DNA from: the human T2T-CHM13v2.0 reference genome, Homo sapiens
Length of the DNA stretch: 64,000 nucleotides
Assembly: GCF_009914755.1 (NCBI RefSeq)
Contig: NC_060947.1
Reading direction: 5' to 3' (one strand)
Shown here piece after piece: positions 29,964 through 45,841 of the stretch (position 1 is the first letter of the stretch; each line of letters opens with the position of its first letter). The translations under genes were made by a program, and so were the position numbers. Under the pieces are notes generated by a model that was given only the letters and a program-made list of their open reading frames with translations, made no database searches and was not told the DNA's origin.

Positions 29964-30988
29964 ATCCTTTGGAATGGCTAAAGAAGATGCCCCAACTGTG
30001 TCTGGGGAAATTAATGCAAGTTCCACAGATAGGGTGAAACAGAACAGGGTTCTGCAGTGTGAATAGGAGCTTTCAAGGCAGAGGAGAAGGTTCAAGGTAG
30101 AAGAGAAAAGCACATTCAAAGATACGGGTTTCTACCTGACATTTTTGGTCAAACATGGATAACCATGATTCACCTAGGGTAGCATTTTTATATTCAGCCA
30201 AGCCTTGATTCTACTTAGAATCTGTCCTTCTAGATCTTGATCTAGGTGATTTCCTGCTTTCTTTCATCTTCTAGAACCTGTTATGTTATTGCTAATACCC
30301 AACCATAAAAAGTCCAGGTTTCCTTCGAGTGTTACAGATCCCTGTTCTGAGAGCGAGCTGACCCATTCAGAGTCACTTTTAACATCAGAGCTGTAAATGA
30401 CATCATTAATACTATTGTATTAATACATGCTTGTCTTCGTTGGGTCCTGGGTGAAGTGAGTTTTACTGGACAGGATCTGCTGTTGAAGAACTTGAGCCTG
30501 ATTCCTTGGGGTCTTCATGCTTGGAGACCAAACCTACTGATACTTTTTTGCCTTGAGGCATTGGTTGCAAGATATAGGTGTCCTGCATTCCTTCCACAGT
30601 TCCTTTGGAGGCAAATAATGGTTGTGTAGGAGAGATGTTCTCTTGTCAGGCAGGATACTTCCAGCCTGAACTGAGGCAAATTCCACTCCACCCTCTCACT
30701 ATTGGTACTGTCATGTATGGCTGCTCCAGTCCTCCCCAGAGTTGGTCTGCATTGCTCCAGCTAACTTGACCTGTCTTCCTTCCTTCAGAGCTCAAGTTCA
30801 TTCTACCTATTAACCCATAATTATCATGCTGCTGAATAACAACTCCTTCAAAGGACTCAGTGGCTTAAAACAACAACCATTCATTATTTTCACAAGTCTA
30901 CAGGTTGGCTGCATGGTTGGATGGGGCCAAAGTTGGCTGATCTTGGCTGGACTCACACATAAATCTGTGGTCGGCTGGACCTAGATGA

Positions 30989-31315
<327 letters not shown>

Positions 31316-32819
31316 TAGACACCAACACCTCCTTCTGGGTCCCCAGGGAAGTCCTCTGAGGCTCTGCAGATCAGAGCCTGTTTATTTTCCTCAGGACCAC
31401 TGCATGTTCCGTCAAAGTTTAAAGATATGATTGCTCTCTACAGTGATTTTTTGTTTCAAGCATTATTGCCTGAAGTAGTTGTTTGACTAGAGATGTAGTT
31501 AAATTTTAGGTGGTATCAACTCCTTTTGAATAGACTGTCCAAGTCTCTGCGATTCTATCTGCTGGTTGGGTTTTTCTGACAAGGGCTCTCTTGGAGGGTC
31601 AACAGCCTGTCGTCTTGTTTTTCCCATCAGAGATTTTCTTTCCCACATATATTAAGAGGTTATTTTCATGTTGTTTTTGTATACATGAGAATGAAATCTT
31701 TGCTTTCTAATTTTACTCTCTTCCTCATATCATTGGTTGCTACTGACTTCTGCGATGTGATTCTTCCCTGGGCACTCATCAGGGGGTATTATTTTCAACT
31801 TGGCATGGCTCAAACCTCAAACTTTTAAAGTTTTAAAGCAGCCGAGTTGCACTGATGATCAATAAATCAATCACTGTGACCACTTTATTGCTTGTAAGGT
31901 GATTACCCTACTTTGCCCATAGTGACTCTTCAATTTGATTAAAATGCAGTTTCATTGGGTCGTGGTTGAGTCCTCTAGATATATAAATACATGAGAGAAG
32001 CCTGCACTCAAATGTTTTTATAACCACCCTTCAGATTTTTAACCATCTATGCCAGCACTTTTGTGGTCCTCATCCTATAATTCAAATTTCCATGCTCTTT
32101 GCCAAAGTAATTCTTATTTATGCATATTCCAACCTCTTGTCTCTGTAAGACTGTATTCTTTTTTCTGCTAACTGGTGGTGAGCCTTGGTCCCACTGCAAA
32201 GCATTTTCTACAGCTGAAATGAGCTCCTGTGCAATCTGTAAATCAGGCTCTGATGGTGGGAGAATATGGGAGATGGTGTTGGTTCACTCGCGATTGTTTT
32301 CCAGGTGAGGAGAGCTGGAATAGTGGGAGTAGAATTATTATCTTGGATAGGAAAGGAAGACACATTCAACTGTGCTACTGCCCTGGCAGCAGGAGCCCTT
32401 TTGACTGCATTTTAAGACATTAAAAATGAGCATCTGTCCTGGAGCTCCTTGCCCAGGGCAGCGTGCCACCAGCTTCTCATGGCTCTTGGCTCGCGGCAGG
32501 TTGTCCCACCTCCCTTGTCCAGCTCCAGGGTGGCCCCACTCACATAGAGGGCTCCTGCCATCTGCAGATTGCCTGGGCTCCCACCAACTCATTAAAGTCT
32601 TGCCAGCATTTTCACTGTGCCATTGGAGTACATTTTGAATATCCATGATGACAATCACATAGGCTGCCTGCCTGAGTGGTCCACTTTGTCTCCCATAGGA
32701 ACCAATTATTGCTTTGATTACCATTATTTTCATTTAAACCCTATTTGCCCCTCCAGCCCTGTCATTTGGACACCTTGCTTTTGCAGAATGTGAGGTTTTC
32801 CAGGAATGTATATAATTAA

Positions 32820-33441
32820 TTAATCCTCATTTGCAGATTCCATATTTGCAAATTTGCCTACTGGCTAAAATGTTATGTGTAGCCCCCCAGATCAATACTC
32901 GTGGAGCTTTCGAGGTTGTTCATAGATACGTGTGTGTGTAGAGCGACAAAAAGTGCCAGCAGTGCCCGTTCCTTGCTGAGGTCTGAGAAGGCGATGCTCT
33001 GCCTTCCTGCTTCCACTCTCCTCCTGTCAACAAGGGTCCTTTTCGTGTTCTATTTAGTGCCATGTTTTTCACAGTTTTGTGCTTTTTTTGTTGGTAATTT
33101 TGCTGTTTAAAATGGCCCTGCAATGCAGTGCTGGGAAGCTGTCTGGTGTTCCTGAGTGTAGGAGGGCTGTGACATGTTTTATGGAGAAGCCTTGTTCAGG
33201 CATGAGTGATAGTGCTGCTGGCTGTGAGGTCAATGTTAATAACTCAACAATATCTATTAGAGTGTCTTTAAACAGAAGTATATAAACAAGGTACATCTTG
33301 ATTGTTTGATGAAAATGTGACCAAAGATTTTGCAGGAACTTAACCCTGTATTCTCTTGGGAACAGTAGTTCAGTATTCAGTAATTCAGTGTTTGAGGTGA
33401 CTTTATAGAGCATAACCTCCACGAATAATGATAATTGACTG
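32820..33441. mobile_element. MER82 (TcMar-Tigger)
   Basis: ATCCTCATTTGCAGATTCCATATTTGCAAATTTGCCTACT...CATAACCTCCACGAATAATGATAATTGACTG. Confidence 0.75.
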
Positions 33442-33483
33442 TGTATATATTTCATTACAGCACAGATGCCTATGCTGAAATAA

Positions 33484-33771
<288 letters not shown>

Positions 33772-35287
33772 TAAGCCATGTTTTCATTCAAAAGTTACTG
33801 AGCTGGGGCTTAGGTCCACGTACGTGTCATGTGCTGGGTTAGGGTCTAAAGAAGAAAAGAGCCAGTGGGAGGAGCAGATATATTGGCAGATCATTGTACT
33901 AGCAGGAGCTTTGGGCAGGACGTTGTGTCATATGGAGGGATTGTGGTGTGGAGGAGAGGGAGGGGACTTTGCAGGTGCCATTTCTGGAACCTGTTTTCTC
34001 ATCCATGAGGATGGAAGTGATTATGCCTGAAAAGGAAATGAGATTATGTGTATATGAAAGCACATATGACAGTGCCTGGTGTCTAGTTGGCAATCAGTAT
34101 ATATTTTAATGGACCACAATGGTTATCTGTCAAGTGCTGTGGGATCATTTAGGTTCGGTTAGGGAAGGGTTTTTCAGCAAGGGTAACATTTCAGTTGGGT
34201 CTTGAAAGATGACTAAGATTTTGCTAGGCAGAGGAACGGTGAGGATTCTAAACATCAGGAATGCCCCCCTTTTTTAAGTCACAGAGGCATGAAAGAATCT
34301 GATGTATCTGGGCAATTCAGGGAGCTCCGAGGATCTGGTGGAGGATTCCTGCAGAGGGAGGGATAGGGATGAGTGTGGAAATGGAGGCAGCAGGGCCACG
34401 TGGGGAACGGCCATGCTGGCGGTGGAGAGGAGTTTGCATTTCATGCTGAAAGCCACAGAAGACAATAAAGATGCGCTGCAAAGGGAGAAACAGGAAGCTT
34501 GGAAATGAGTCCAGGAGACCGAAGGCAGTGATGTGTAGGTGGAGAGAGGGGATCAGGATGGAGAGGTATTTTGAGGCGCCACGGACGGGATTCAGGGGAG
34601 GTGCTGGGGCCAGGAGGGGAATGGGGTCACAGAACACCAGGCTTTGGCCTGATGAGGATGATGCCTTTGATGCCTAGAGGAAGCAAGGGGGGACTGGCAG
34701 ACTGCGGAGGAGGCCATTGAGTTCTGTGTAGATGCGTTGGTTTGAGCTGCGCTGCGGATGGGTGATCACAGGTGGCGAGAACTCTGTGGTTCAAGGGTGA
34801 GGGAAGGGCCGGGGGGAGAATGAGGTCCCTGTGTGCAAGTGGAGGCTGAAGCTTTAGAAACAGCCACGGTGGCGTGGGTGTGCAGAGACAGAAGGGAAGA
34901 GGTAGTCAAATCCCCAGGCAGTGCCCAGAGTTACCAGGTCCAGGGGAGGCAGATGGGGAGCCTGTGACAAGAGGGGACCCTGCCAAGAGCAGTCCCCTGT
35001 GAATGGAAAGGGTGTTGTGTAGGGGCCTGCTCACAAGGTCACCCTCTATGGAGAGGTCAGGTAGGAGGCGAGCCAGCGGCATGGGGGCTGGCGGTGAGGG
35101 GAGAGCTGCTTCAGACGAGGGTGAGGAGTGACATGGACAGTGTGACCATGTCACATCGCCTCACGAGGGCTGGCACGAAAGGAGGAGGGGAATGTGTAGG
35201 GAGCCAGGCTCAGTCATGAAGATGTTGCAGCCTCTTGGCTCTGCAGTGCAGGAATGTGGGGTCGAGGCAGCATTCCCTCTAGAGCAC

Positions 35288-35508
35288 AGCTCAGCAGACT
35301 GCATCCTGCGGGCCAAAGCCAGCTGGCACCTTGTTTTAGAAATAAAGTTTTATTGGAACTCAGCCATGCCCATCCATTTCCATATTTTTATGACTCCTTT
35401 TGTGCTACAGTGGCAGGGTTGAGGAGTTGCAACGGAGACCATCCGGCCCGCAAAGCCCAAAATATTTACTCTCTGGTCCTTTACAGAAAACATTTGCCCA
35501 CCACTGCT
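35288..35508. mobile_element. MER58A
   Basis: AAATAAAGTTTTATTGGAACTCAGCCATGCCCAT..AATATTTACTCTCTGGTCCTTTACAGAAAA. Confidence 0.85.
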
Positions 35509-36073
35509 CTAAAAGGCCGTGAGGGAATGATGATCTCAGAGGAGCATAGGATTCTGTTAGCACAGGGAGGTGTGTGTAGGTAGTCCATCTGCTGTGGGAG
35601 ACGTGATCTGTGCCAGCTAATTCTAAGTTCGTGCTGCTAAAATTTAACCTTGAAAACAAAAGGAGGAGATGAAGTCTGTGTGAAGAGGCTTTTTAATGAA
35701 ACTTAGCAATGTAAGTTAAGATAGTAACTCATATTCAGAATGGAGACACCGAACCAATGTCCCCCTTCAGCATAGCTTTTAAATCATCAAAGATCAAATC
35801 ACATTTAGTATGTTTTTTAATTAAGTGAATTATTTGAGTGTGTGCTCGAATTCTTTGGAGACTTTTGTGGCATCTTTATAGCTCTGTGAACTAGAAAGCT
35901 CGTCGTACCGTTGCGGCACATAACTGAAAGAATCACATCAGTGGGAATTTAGCTGCTTGATGACATTCATTTTATTTTCTTAATTACCCTGTTTCCCGAG
36001 GAAACAGTTTCAAGGAAAAAAGCATGAATTCGAAAATGCATTCGGATCAGTTGCTGTATCTGCTTTGTTCTAG

Positions 36074-36307
<234 letters not shown>

Positions 36308-36430
36308 TGAAATATCTAAGGGCAAAATGCATGGCTGTATATTTAACCTAAAATCCATCATCAATAAGGCATGCCCAAGGCATGAGCTCAGGCACAGGCT
36401 TCTGAAGAGCTGTGACGATAGAGCTGGTAG

Positions 36431-36773
<343 letters not shown>

Positions 36774-38539
36774 AAGCACACATTTTATATTCGGTTATTC
36801 TTGATTATGTAGATGACAACAAAATCAGGGACTGTTTTATCTTCAATAACAAAATGTCATATGAGATTGCCTTTTGCTACTACTGGTAGGCTCTGGGATG
36901 AACTGGAAACATCCTGCAACAGTCAGCACCATGCTAGACACCCACGGGAGCTGAGGCAGGCCCAGGGGCCTCCATCATCCTGACCCTCAGGAACTCTGCA
37001 TCTTTCCTTTTTAGAATCCCAACACCGTGTTTGCGAGCAGTAGATGTTTCCAGAGTAAATGGATGCTATCTGGAGGGGAAACACGTCTTTTTAATATCAA
37101 ACGCACCAGCCCTTCCGGGAAATAGTTTCCTGAAACTTATGTCCTTTTAGGAGATTGTGAAGGTTAATGTCTAAGAATAAAAAATTTGGCATGACGAAGA
37201 GGTTTCCTTAATAAAAATCCCCTGCATATAACAACATAATAGTTATGGTTAGAGAACAGATCAGGGAATTGACTAGAACACAGGCAGAATATATGTAGTA
37301 AGTGGTCTAAGAAGGACAGAACACAAATGGGGCACAGATAGAGTTTTGTGATTCCAGGGGCTTTCAGTTTCCAGGTGATCTTGATTTATTCCCTAGCTCA
37401 TCGGAGGAGGGGCTTGGTTGCCAGGGAAGGGCTCTACCTCCCTCACCTGCCTCAGCATTCCGTAAAGAGCTAAGAGGAATGCTCAGAGGGGGAGTTCTTT
37501 CCTACTAGTCACAGATGCTGTCTGTCCGTTTCTCCAAGCCTGTCCTTCCTTTACCAGTGGCATTTCCCGTCATGTACTGGCAGCAGCCAGGGCAGGAAAT
37601 TAGACTTCATTGTCACAAGGGATTGGACGACCAATTTTGCTTGACTGCTTCTATAAAGGCCTTTGAAGGTGGGCCAGGTGGGAGTTTGCTATGAATTTTG
37701 ATGTCCTTATTTAGAGTAGATTGATAAAACCTTATAGTGTGTCATTTTTCTTGGCTCGTAGGAAGGAGAAATAAATAGGGTAAATGAAGAAACTCAGAAC
37801 AGGAATAGATGTTCTGATAACGGCACAGCTTAGATTCATTGACTGACCTAGGAGCCCAACTGGGCTGACTTTAATCTGATTTTGACCAGCTGGCTTTATT
37901 ATCCACTTGATTTCCATCAGCTCTTTCACGAGGGGGAATTAAAAACAATATGCTGCTGCCCTGGCTTCACTTAAACAGTATCTCTGGAGAGGACCTCTAG
38001 CTTGAATACAGCCTGCCCCTCCCCTCTGTGATTGTAATGTGCAGCCAGGGGTGAGCACCACTGGCCAAAGGAGAGCCCATGCGCACGTCAGCAGGGGAAT
38101 ACATGGGAGGGTGAGAATGGGGTGATGCTGAAAATGAAGGGACTACAGTGTTCTTTTGATTTGGATGCACTTTGAAGGGACAGCCAGAGAGCCACGTCCC
38201 ACTCACTTCCCCCTTCCTCGCTGGACTAACAGTGGAGAGGACCTGGGGTCTCACTGCCTGGCCGGCTGTCCCCTCAGTGGCTGTTGTCTTCGGACTCCCC
38301 TCATGGGTAGGCCCACAGCATCTCCGCATGTGCTTATCAGAAGTCACCGCTAGGTGTCACTGTTGGACCACGAAAGAAAGCTGAGGCCTGCTGAAGCGCA
38401 GTCAGAACCAGAATCAGCAAGGAAGATTGGGTGTGCAGTAGGGGGGTTGTGAATGAATGAATAATGATGAAACTTGGGGTGATCATCCTGTTTGCCCCTG
38501 GATATCTGCAGGACCCTCCCATCTTCTTCACCTTCTTCT

Positions 38540-38980
38540 TCAAATACTGCACGATGTCACTTATCTGTGGAGTCCAAAAAAATAAAACCAGTGTCATAGA
38601 AACAGAGTAGAAAGGTGGCTGCTAGAGGGAGGGGTGGGGACAGGATGGGGAAAGAGATGTTGATCAGAGGGCGTAAGTTTCAGTTAGACTGGAGGAATAA
38701 GCTTTAGTGAGCGGTCGCACTGCATGGTGACCACAATTAATGATCATGTATTGTATATTTCAAAATTGCTAAAAGAGTAGACTTTAATAATCTCACCACA
38801 AAAATAAACTGGGGAGGTGATTCGGTTGGTGCGAAGGTAATTGTGGTTTTTGCCATTAAAATAACGGCATGATCGGATCTTTAATTAGCTCGATCAAGTC
38901 TTTCTATAATGTATACATAGATCAAAACATGACATTGATATACACAATTATTATGTGTCAGTTTTAAAAAGTTAAAAAAT
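38540..38980 (+). mobile_element. L1MA 3' end
   Basis: CATAGAAACAGAGTAGAA..GTATTGTATATTTCAAAATTGCTAAAAGAGTAGA..CACCACAAAAA. Confidence 0.8.
38821..38869. mobile_element. MADE1 (mariner MITE) half
   Basis: GGTTGGTGCGAAGGTAATTGTGGTTTTTGCCATT matches the Hsmar1 TIR. Confidence 0.75.
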
Positions 38981-39574
38981 CAAGATAATGAGCTCTTTGC
39001 CTTTGTTTTTCCTGTGGAAAAACAAAGAACTGTGGATAGTTCTAAATTTGACATTACCGGACCCTGTGGAAAGACCTCATGAAATACTAAATATTATGGT
39101 TCTTGCGTGCTGTTGCTAGGGGGCAGTGTTTACTTAGCTGACTCTGCAAACTAGCATTAAGCGGAACCAAGCTTGCATCCAGGATTTCATGATCTAGAGA
39201 AAATACTTTGAGCATGTAGGATTTCTTTTCACTGGGTTTCAGTTTCCAACTTTAAATCAGGAAATAGTTTTCACCATTCCACAAGGTATATGTACTTCAA
39301 AACATCATGTTGTATATGATTACAACATACAATCTTATGTGTCCATTTTAAAATGAAAGAATAAATCAGGAAATAGCTAATGATATCTCTAACTTAATTA
39401 GACTAATTATATATATTTGTATATTTGGAATCAAGTCTTTCATTATTGAATTGCATGTTTAAAAATTTCAAACCTGTCTGATATTTAAAATTTAAAAAAC
39501 AATAAAATTACATCCCTCTCTCTGTAAGCCTCACCTCCCTCACCTGCTCTATGGATGTATATATGTATGTATGT

Positions 39575-40125
39575 AAAGCTTTATTGAAATATAACTCACA
39601 TTCCATATAATTCACCCATTTAAAGTATACAATTCAGTGGTTTTTAATGTATCACAGAGTTGTACAACCATCACCGTGGTCGATTTTAGAATAATTTTAT
39701 CATGCCCAAAAGAATCATTATACCCTGTAGCTATCAAGCCCCTGCTCCCCAACCATCCCCCTTCCAGCCCTAGGCCACTGTTAACCTGCTTTCTGTCTCT
39801 ATGGATTTGCCTATTCTGGGCATTTCATATAAATGGAATCATACAATATGTGGTCTTTGTGATTAACTTATTCTACTCAGCATAATATGTTCAAAGTTTG
39901 TCCATGTTGTAGCACGTGTCAGTACTTCATTCCTTTTCACTACCAAGTACAATTCCATTGTATGGATAGACCACACGTTGTTTATCCACTTATCCATTGA
40001 TGGATATTTGAGTTCTTTCTACTTTGTGACTATTTTGAAGAATGCTGCTATGAACATTTTTGTTCAAGTGTTTGTGTGCATGGATGTTTTCATTTCTCTT
40101 GGGTATATGCCTAGGAATAGAATTG
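39575..40125 (-). mobile_element. L1MB 3' end
   Basis: CTTTATTGAAATATAACTCACA..TTCACCCATTTAAAGTATACAATTCAGTGG. Confidence 0.88.
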
Positions 40126-40126
40126 G

Positions 40127-40249
40127 TTTTTTTGAGACAGGGTCTGGTTCTGGCGCGATCATGGTTCGTTACAGACTGGGCTTGAGCAATCTGCCTGCCT
40201 CAGCCTCCTGAGTAGCTGGGACTATAGGCGCGTGCCACCATATCTGGTT

Positions 40250-40280
<31 letters not shown>

Positions 40281-40399
40281 GTAGAGACAGGATCTTGTCA
40301 TGCTGTTCAGGCTAGTCCTGAACTCCTGGCCTCAAACGATTTGTCCACCTCGGCCTTCCAAAGTGCTGGGACTACTGGCATAAGCCACTGCGCCTGGCC
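40127..40399 (-). mobile_element. AluJ with internal deletions and an expanded T linker
   Basis: Reverse-complement Alu with a long T run at about 40252-40280. Confidence 0.85.
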
Positions 40400-40439
40400 C
40401 TTATACTTTTTAACAGAGCCTTTAATATACTTATTTTCT

Positions 40440-40799
40440 CCTGTCCCAGGTACAGTTACACAAAGGCAGGGGCCTGGGTCTACTCTTTGCACTGCTGTAT
40501 TCCCAAGACATGGATGAGTAACTGCCGTGTAGTAGGTACATGTTCAGTAACTATCCCTTGAATGAATGAATGGACCTGAGTTTTCTGATTTTTTCATTCA
40601 TTTATTTATTGCAATATTTTATTCAACATGGATATATAGTGCCAACCATGCACCTGACATGGATATAACAATGGACAAGACAGATAGGGTCCTTGCCCAC
40701 TTAGAGTGGACACAGGGTCTGGATGCCAGGCCTGACCCCCCACTGTGGTATGAAAACCAAACAATGAAACCTTTTTTACCCACCACTTATAGACTAGTG

Positions 40800-40835
<36 letters not shown>

Positions 40836-42480
40836 GAAAAAGAGAAAGAGAGCTAATTGTGATATTAGGATGCGAGAGGTGTGGTGATGGGGAAGGACAG
40901 GCAGCCACAGGAATGCCAGGGAAGTACACCTAACCCAGGCTTAGGAAATCAGGAAAGACTTCCCAGAGGAGGTGATATAAATGCTGGAATCTGGATGATA
41001 AGTAGGAGTCTGATGGGAGGGGAGGGCAGTGCTTGCTGAGATGGTGCAGGTAGGAGAGCGTGGCACATTCCAGGAACATGGAGTGGGCAGGGTGTGGGGA
41101 GTTAGTGAGGGAAAGAGATGAAGCTGGAGAGATCTGAGGGGCCAGCTGTCAGGGTGGGTGACCTGTTGAGGATTTGGGTGTTCTCCCAAGAATAATGGGT
41201 AACCATGGCAGGGCTTTCCACAGGGGAGTGGCACAGGTCAGTCTGGCATTTGGAAAGCCTATTTGACCACAGTGTGGAGAGGCCATGAATGGGGCAGGAC
41301 TGAGGCTGGAGACCAGAGAGGAAGCTCCTGCAGCAGTCCAGCCAGCAATGACTTCAACACGGTGATCTGAAAGACAGCCCGAGTGGGGATGGGGGAAACT
41401 GCAGTGATTCAAGAGAGATTTCAGAGGTGGAGCTGCTGGGATATGGGGATTGCCTGGAAGGGGGTTGCTTTCCCAGATTTCTAGTTTGCACAGTAGTGTG
41501 CCTGGATGGTGGGTTCCTCTCCCAGTTGGGACGAAGCTGAGGCTGGGAGGAGGATGCTTTAGTTCGGTGTCGGATGGTGGTGGACTGAAGTGGAGATATC
41601 TAGTAGACCCAAGAAGGCAAATAGACTTGTGTTCTTTGACAATGCCCATTCATTGGCTTTGACTGCCTGGGGCTTTGCTACAAAGATTTGGGAGGGTAGG
41701 TCCACAAGTGTGTGTCATGATTGATTAGTGATGTCTGTCATGGGCATGTCAAAAGAATTGTGAAGGGGAATCCAATAGAGTGTGCTATTATTGATTGGTG
41801 ATGTCTGCTGTGGGCATCGGAAGCTGACGGCTGGGCTATGTAGTGATTGGCTCTGTAATAGCCAGTGGGCTCTATGTGCTTGGAAAAGCATAGCTTGAGA
41901 TGTACATTTATACCTAATGGTAAATAGTAGGATATGAATAAGGTTGCCAGGGTTGAGAGCATAGTATAAAAAGAGAAAAGGGTTTAGGGTCAAGCTTTGA
42001 GGAAATGGCCTTTAGAAGTTGGGTGGAGGAGTCAGAAAGATCAGAGGAGTCAGAGCAAACCAGAGAGTGAGGAGGAAAGCAGGAGAGCATGATGTGGAAG
42101 CCACGGGAAGAGGTGTTTCTAGAAGGGTGGAGTGGTCAACAGAGTCAGATGATGCTGAGAGCTCTGGAACTGGGGTCAGCAAACTTTTTCTGCAAGAGGC
42201 CAGAGAGTAAATATTTTCAGGTTTGTGGCCCATGTGGTTTCTATCTCAGCTCTTCAGTTCTGCCACTGTAGCATGAAGGCAGCCACAGAGTGCATGTAAT
42301 TGAATGGTGTAGCTGTGCTCCAATAAAACTTTATTTACAAAAACAGGCTGTGGGCCAGATTTGGCCCATGGGCTGTAGTTTGTGGATCCTGTTCTAGAGG
42401 AATGAGCTAAGGCCATTGCCTTAGCTGCATGGGAATCTCCTGGTAGATTGAGGGGATGGACTGGGCCAAGGGAAGGAAAG
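40440..42480. mobile_element. L2 fragments (with (CA)n at ~40805-40832 and a MER58A insert)
   Basis: TGAATGAATGAA terminus, AGGAAAGACTTCCCAGAGGAGGTGA, ACCAGAGAG..CAGTCCAG. Confidence 0.65.
42172..42390. mobile_element. MER58A
   Basis: GGGGTCAGCAAACTTTTTCTG..CAATAAAACTTTATTTACAAAAACAGG. Confidence 0.85.
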
Positions 42481-43447
42481 AGATTGGATGGTGACTAGAG
42501 GGAAAGTGGAAACAGGGAGGGTTTTTTTTTTTAATGTTTAAATGCTGATGGCAAGGAGAGGAAGAGGTTGAAGATACAGGAGAAGGAAAGGGGAATGGGA
42601 AGAACGAGGCCCCATGGAGGAAGGAGATGTAGAGCTGAGGTGGGCGGTGTCCGATGCAACACCAGGAGAAGAGAAGGGAGGGGTGAGTGCTGATGCCAGG
42701 TGTGGATGCTTTTGGTGAGGATGTGGATGCAGAACCGATCCTATAATAATGATGCAGTGAAAAGGCTGAAAAATGAAGATGCTTGAAAGCATTCTCTGCC
42801 TTTGTGAGAGATGAGAATGCATTATTCTGGAAAGAGACCCAAGGCCGCCTTTTGTGATCCATTCAACTGCACATTCCGTTTTCTCCCATTTCTATTGGCT
42901 TTTAAAATACTTATTTAGTTTTATAGACCCATAATTCTTTATAATTTAAATAATGCAGAGAGTTTTAATAAACAGGATCTTCCCGAATTTGGTTCTCATT
43001 TGGTGGCAAAACCTTACTCATTTATGATGTGAGGCCGTCGTAGTTGTTATGAGTCCATTTTGTCTGAATTATCATGTTTCCCTGAGAAATATTAATGTGT
43101 GTGATTCTAGGATCCTGCCCCAGAAGCCATTGAGAGAGTTCTGTCTTTTACACTATAAATACCCAATGTCAAAAACTTGGAAAGGGAAAAATTGCAAAAG
43201 TTGCTTGTCTCTCCTACCCAGTTCAAGCTACTGAACCCTTTGTATTTCTCATTGGGCTTGTGCTGCCTTGCCCATAACATAAATGTTCAAGTGCTGCAAG
43301 TTTAATGAAAGAAGCTTCCTATGTAAGTGACAGCCCCATTGCAAGTTTATTGCCTGCTCTGGAATCTGGGCCATCATTGCTGATGTGCCCCTGTCTGGCC
43401 GCCGTGTTGGTCTCATTCTTGTCGCATCATGGGGCGATTCCTCTTAG

Positions 43448-43768
<321 letters not shown>

Positions 43769-44044
43769 TGAAGTTCGTGGCTTAACACTAGATGACGGGC
43801 TTTTTCCAGCTCTAATGCTACCACTCAAACTTCACTTGCAAAACCCTTCCCCACTGTTTCATGTGCACAATGCATATATATATATATATACACTTTAAGC
43901 CTCATATTTGGCTTTATCTTGTTATATTTGGCTTTATTTTTTCTTACCGAAGGTGGTTTGCTGATCATGCTGAAGAAACAAGGTTGACTTTGATATCTTC
44001 TAATTGAGAAGAACATAACTTTTTAAGTTATCCTTTAAAAAAAA

Positions 44045-44760
44045 CAGCTTTAGTGAGATAAATTCACAGTTCACATTGTTCACCCGTTTAAAGTGTACGA
44101 TTTAATGCTTGTAGTATATTCAGTTTTGCAGCCGTTACCACAATCTAATTTTAGAACATTTTCGTCATCCTTTCCAAAACTCTGTCTCCATTAGCAGTCA
44201 CTCCCATGTCCCCCAACCTGCCAGCTCTGAGCAACCACTAATCTACCTTTTGTCTCTCTAGATTTGCCTCTTCTGGATGTTTCATGTAAATGAAATCATA
44301 CAATGTGTGGACTTTGTGTCTGGCTTCTTCCACCTAGCATCATGTTTCCAGACTTCTTCCTATTGTAGCATGAACCATTACTTCATTTTTTTATGGCCGA
44401 ATAATATTCTATTGTATGAATGGACCACATTTTATTTATCCATTTGTTGGTTGCTTTTGCTTTTTGGCTATGATGAATGATGTTGCTATGAACATTTCTG
44501 TACAGGTTTTTGTGAAGACATATGTTTCATTTCTCTCAAGTATATATCTGGGAATGGAGTTGCTGGGTCAGATGGTTACTCTATGTTTAACCTTTTGAGC
44601 AGCTGTCAGACTGTTTTCCAAAGTGGCTGTACCATTTTACATTCCCACCAGCAGTGTATGAGACTTCCAATTTGTCCACCTTCCTGTCAGCACTTGTTAT
44701 TATCTGTTTTTGATTATAGCCATCCTAGTGGTTATGAAGTGGCATCTCATTGTGCTTTCA
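44045..44760 (-). mobile_element. L1MB 3' end
   Basis: CAAACTGTTTTCCAAAGTGGCTGTACCATTTTACATTCCCACCAGCAGTG-like core. Confidence 0.88.
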
Positions 44761-45841
44761 GTCATCTTCCATTGCATTTTATGACCACATTATAGAGGAT
44801 GTTCTGGGCCTTCTATAAAGAGAATGCCCTAGGCACAGGAGATAATAGTGGTGAACCACAGACCTATAGCATTTAGAGCTTCAGATCTTTATTAAAATCT
44901 TAGTTCAGGAAAGAGTTAACTTCTAACCCATTTCAGTGGTTACCACCATGACTATGAGTTATTAAAGGATCAGAAAGCCACGTGAGGAGGAACCAGGTTG
45001 TCAAGCTTCACATTAGGGGTAATGTGAGGATCTCTCAAGCTAGAACTAATCTTGCAAGGTATATGTAATCTATTTATACATCTCCTCCCTTCCCCACTTT
45101 TTTTTTTTTTTTTGCCTGACTGACTTACCACAGCTGAAGACATTTGGAATGCACTTTGCCATTTTTGCTAAACCTCTTTCTCAGTGGAATTGAAAATTAA
45201 TTCCTTCAAATCTCAGAAGGAGACAGGGATCTTGAAATCTCACATGTTCTCAGTGCTCTCCATTACTTCCAAAAAGAAATTCTCTACTTGGGTTGATGGG
45301 AGCGGGCAGACAGAATTGGCTGTGCGCCATATTTTTATTCTTCTCTCCTACTTGCAATGTGTGTTTTGGGGAAATACAGCCATCCATCTTTTCAGCTGTT
45401 TTTAAGATTTATACTTTGATTCGAAGAATTACCTTTAGTAAGAGTGAGAGTTATTTTTAGCCTCCAAAAAAGTACATATTTAAGTGGGTGAAAGGTATTT
45501 CTTAGTCCGATTTCTCACCGCATAGGTTGTGAATATATGTGCTTGTAAAGGCCAGAGCAGTCTCCTGGAACGTGTTTTTGCATTTAATAGGCACACATGT
45601 GGCTGTCCATGGCCTGACTTGTAGGTGACCTCTCTTTTCTGCCCCCTTTACTTAAGTAATCCAGATGGTGGCAAGAAGCTGAGGTCTAGAGAGTGTGGTC
45701 TGTACCCAGCAGACCAGGCCTTTCACGCATAGGACCCCAGACTGTGTTTTTGGTTCAGAAAACCTTCTCCATACATCAGATAATTTGGAATAAATGGTTC
45801 AATGAATTATTCTGAAAGTGATCACGTTTTTCTTCTCTGAT

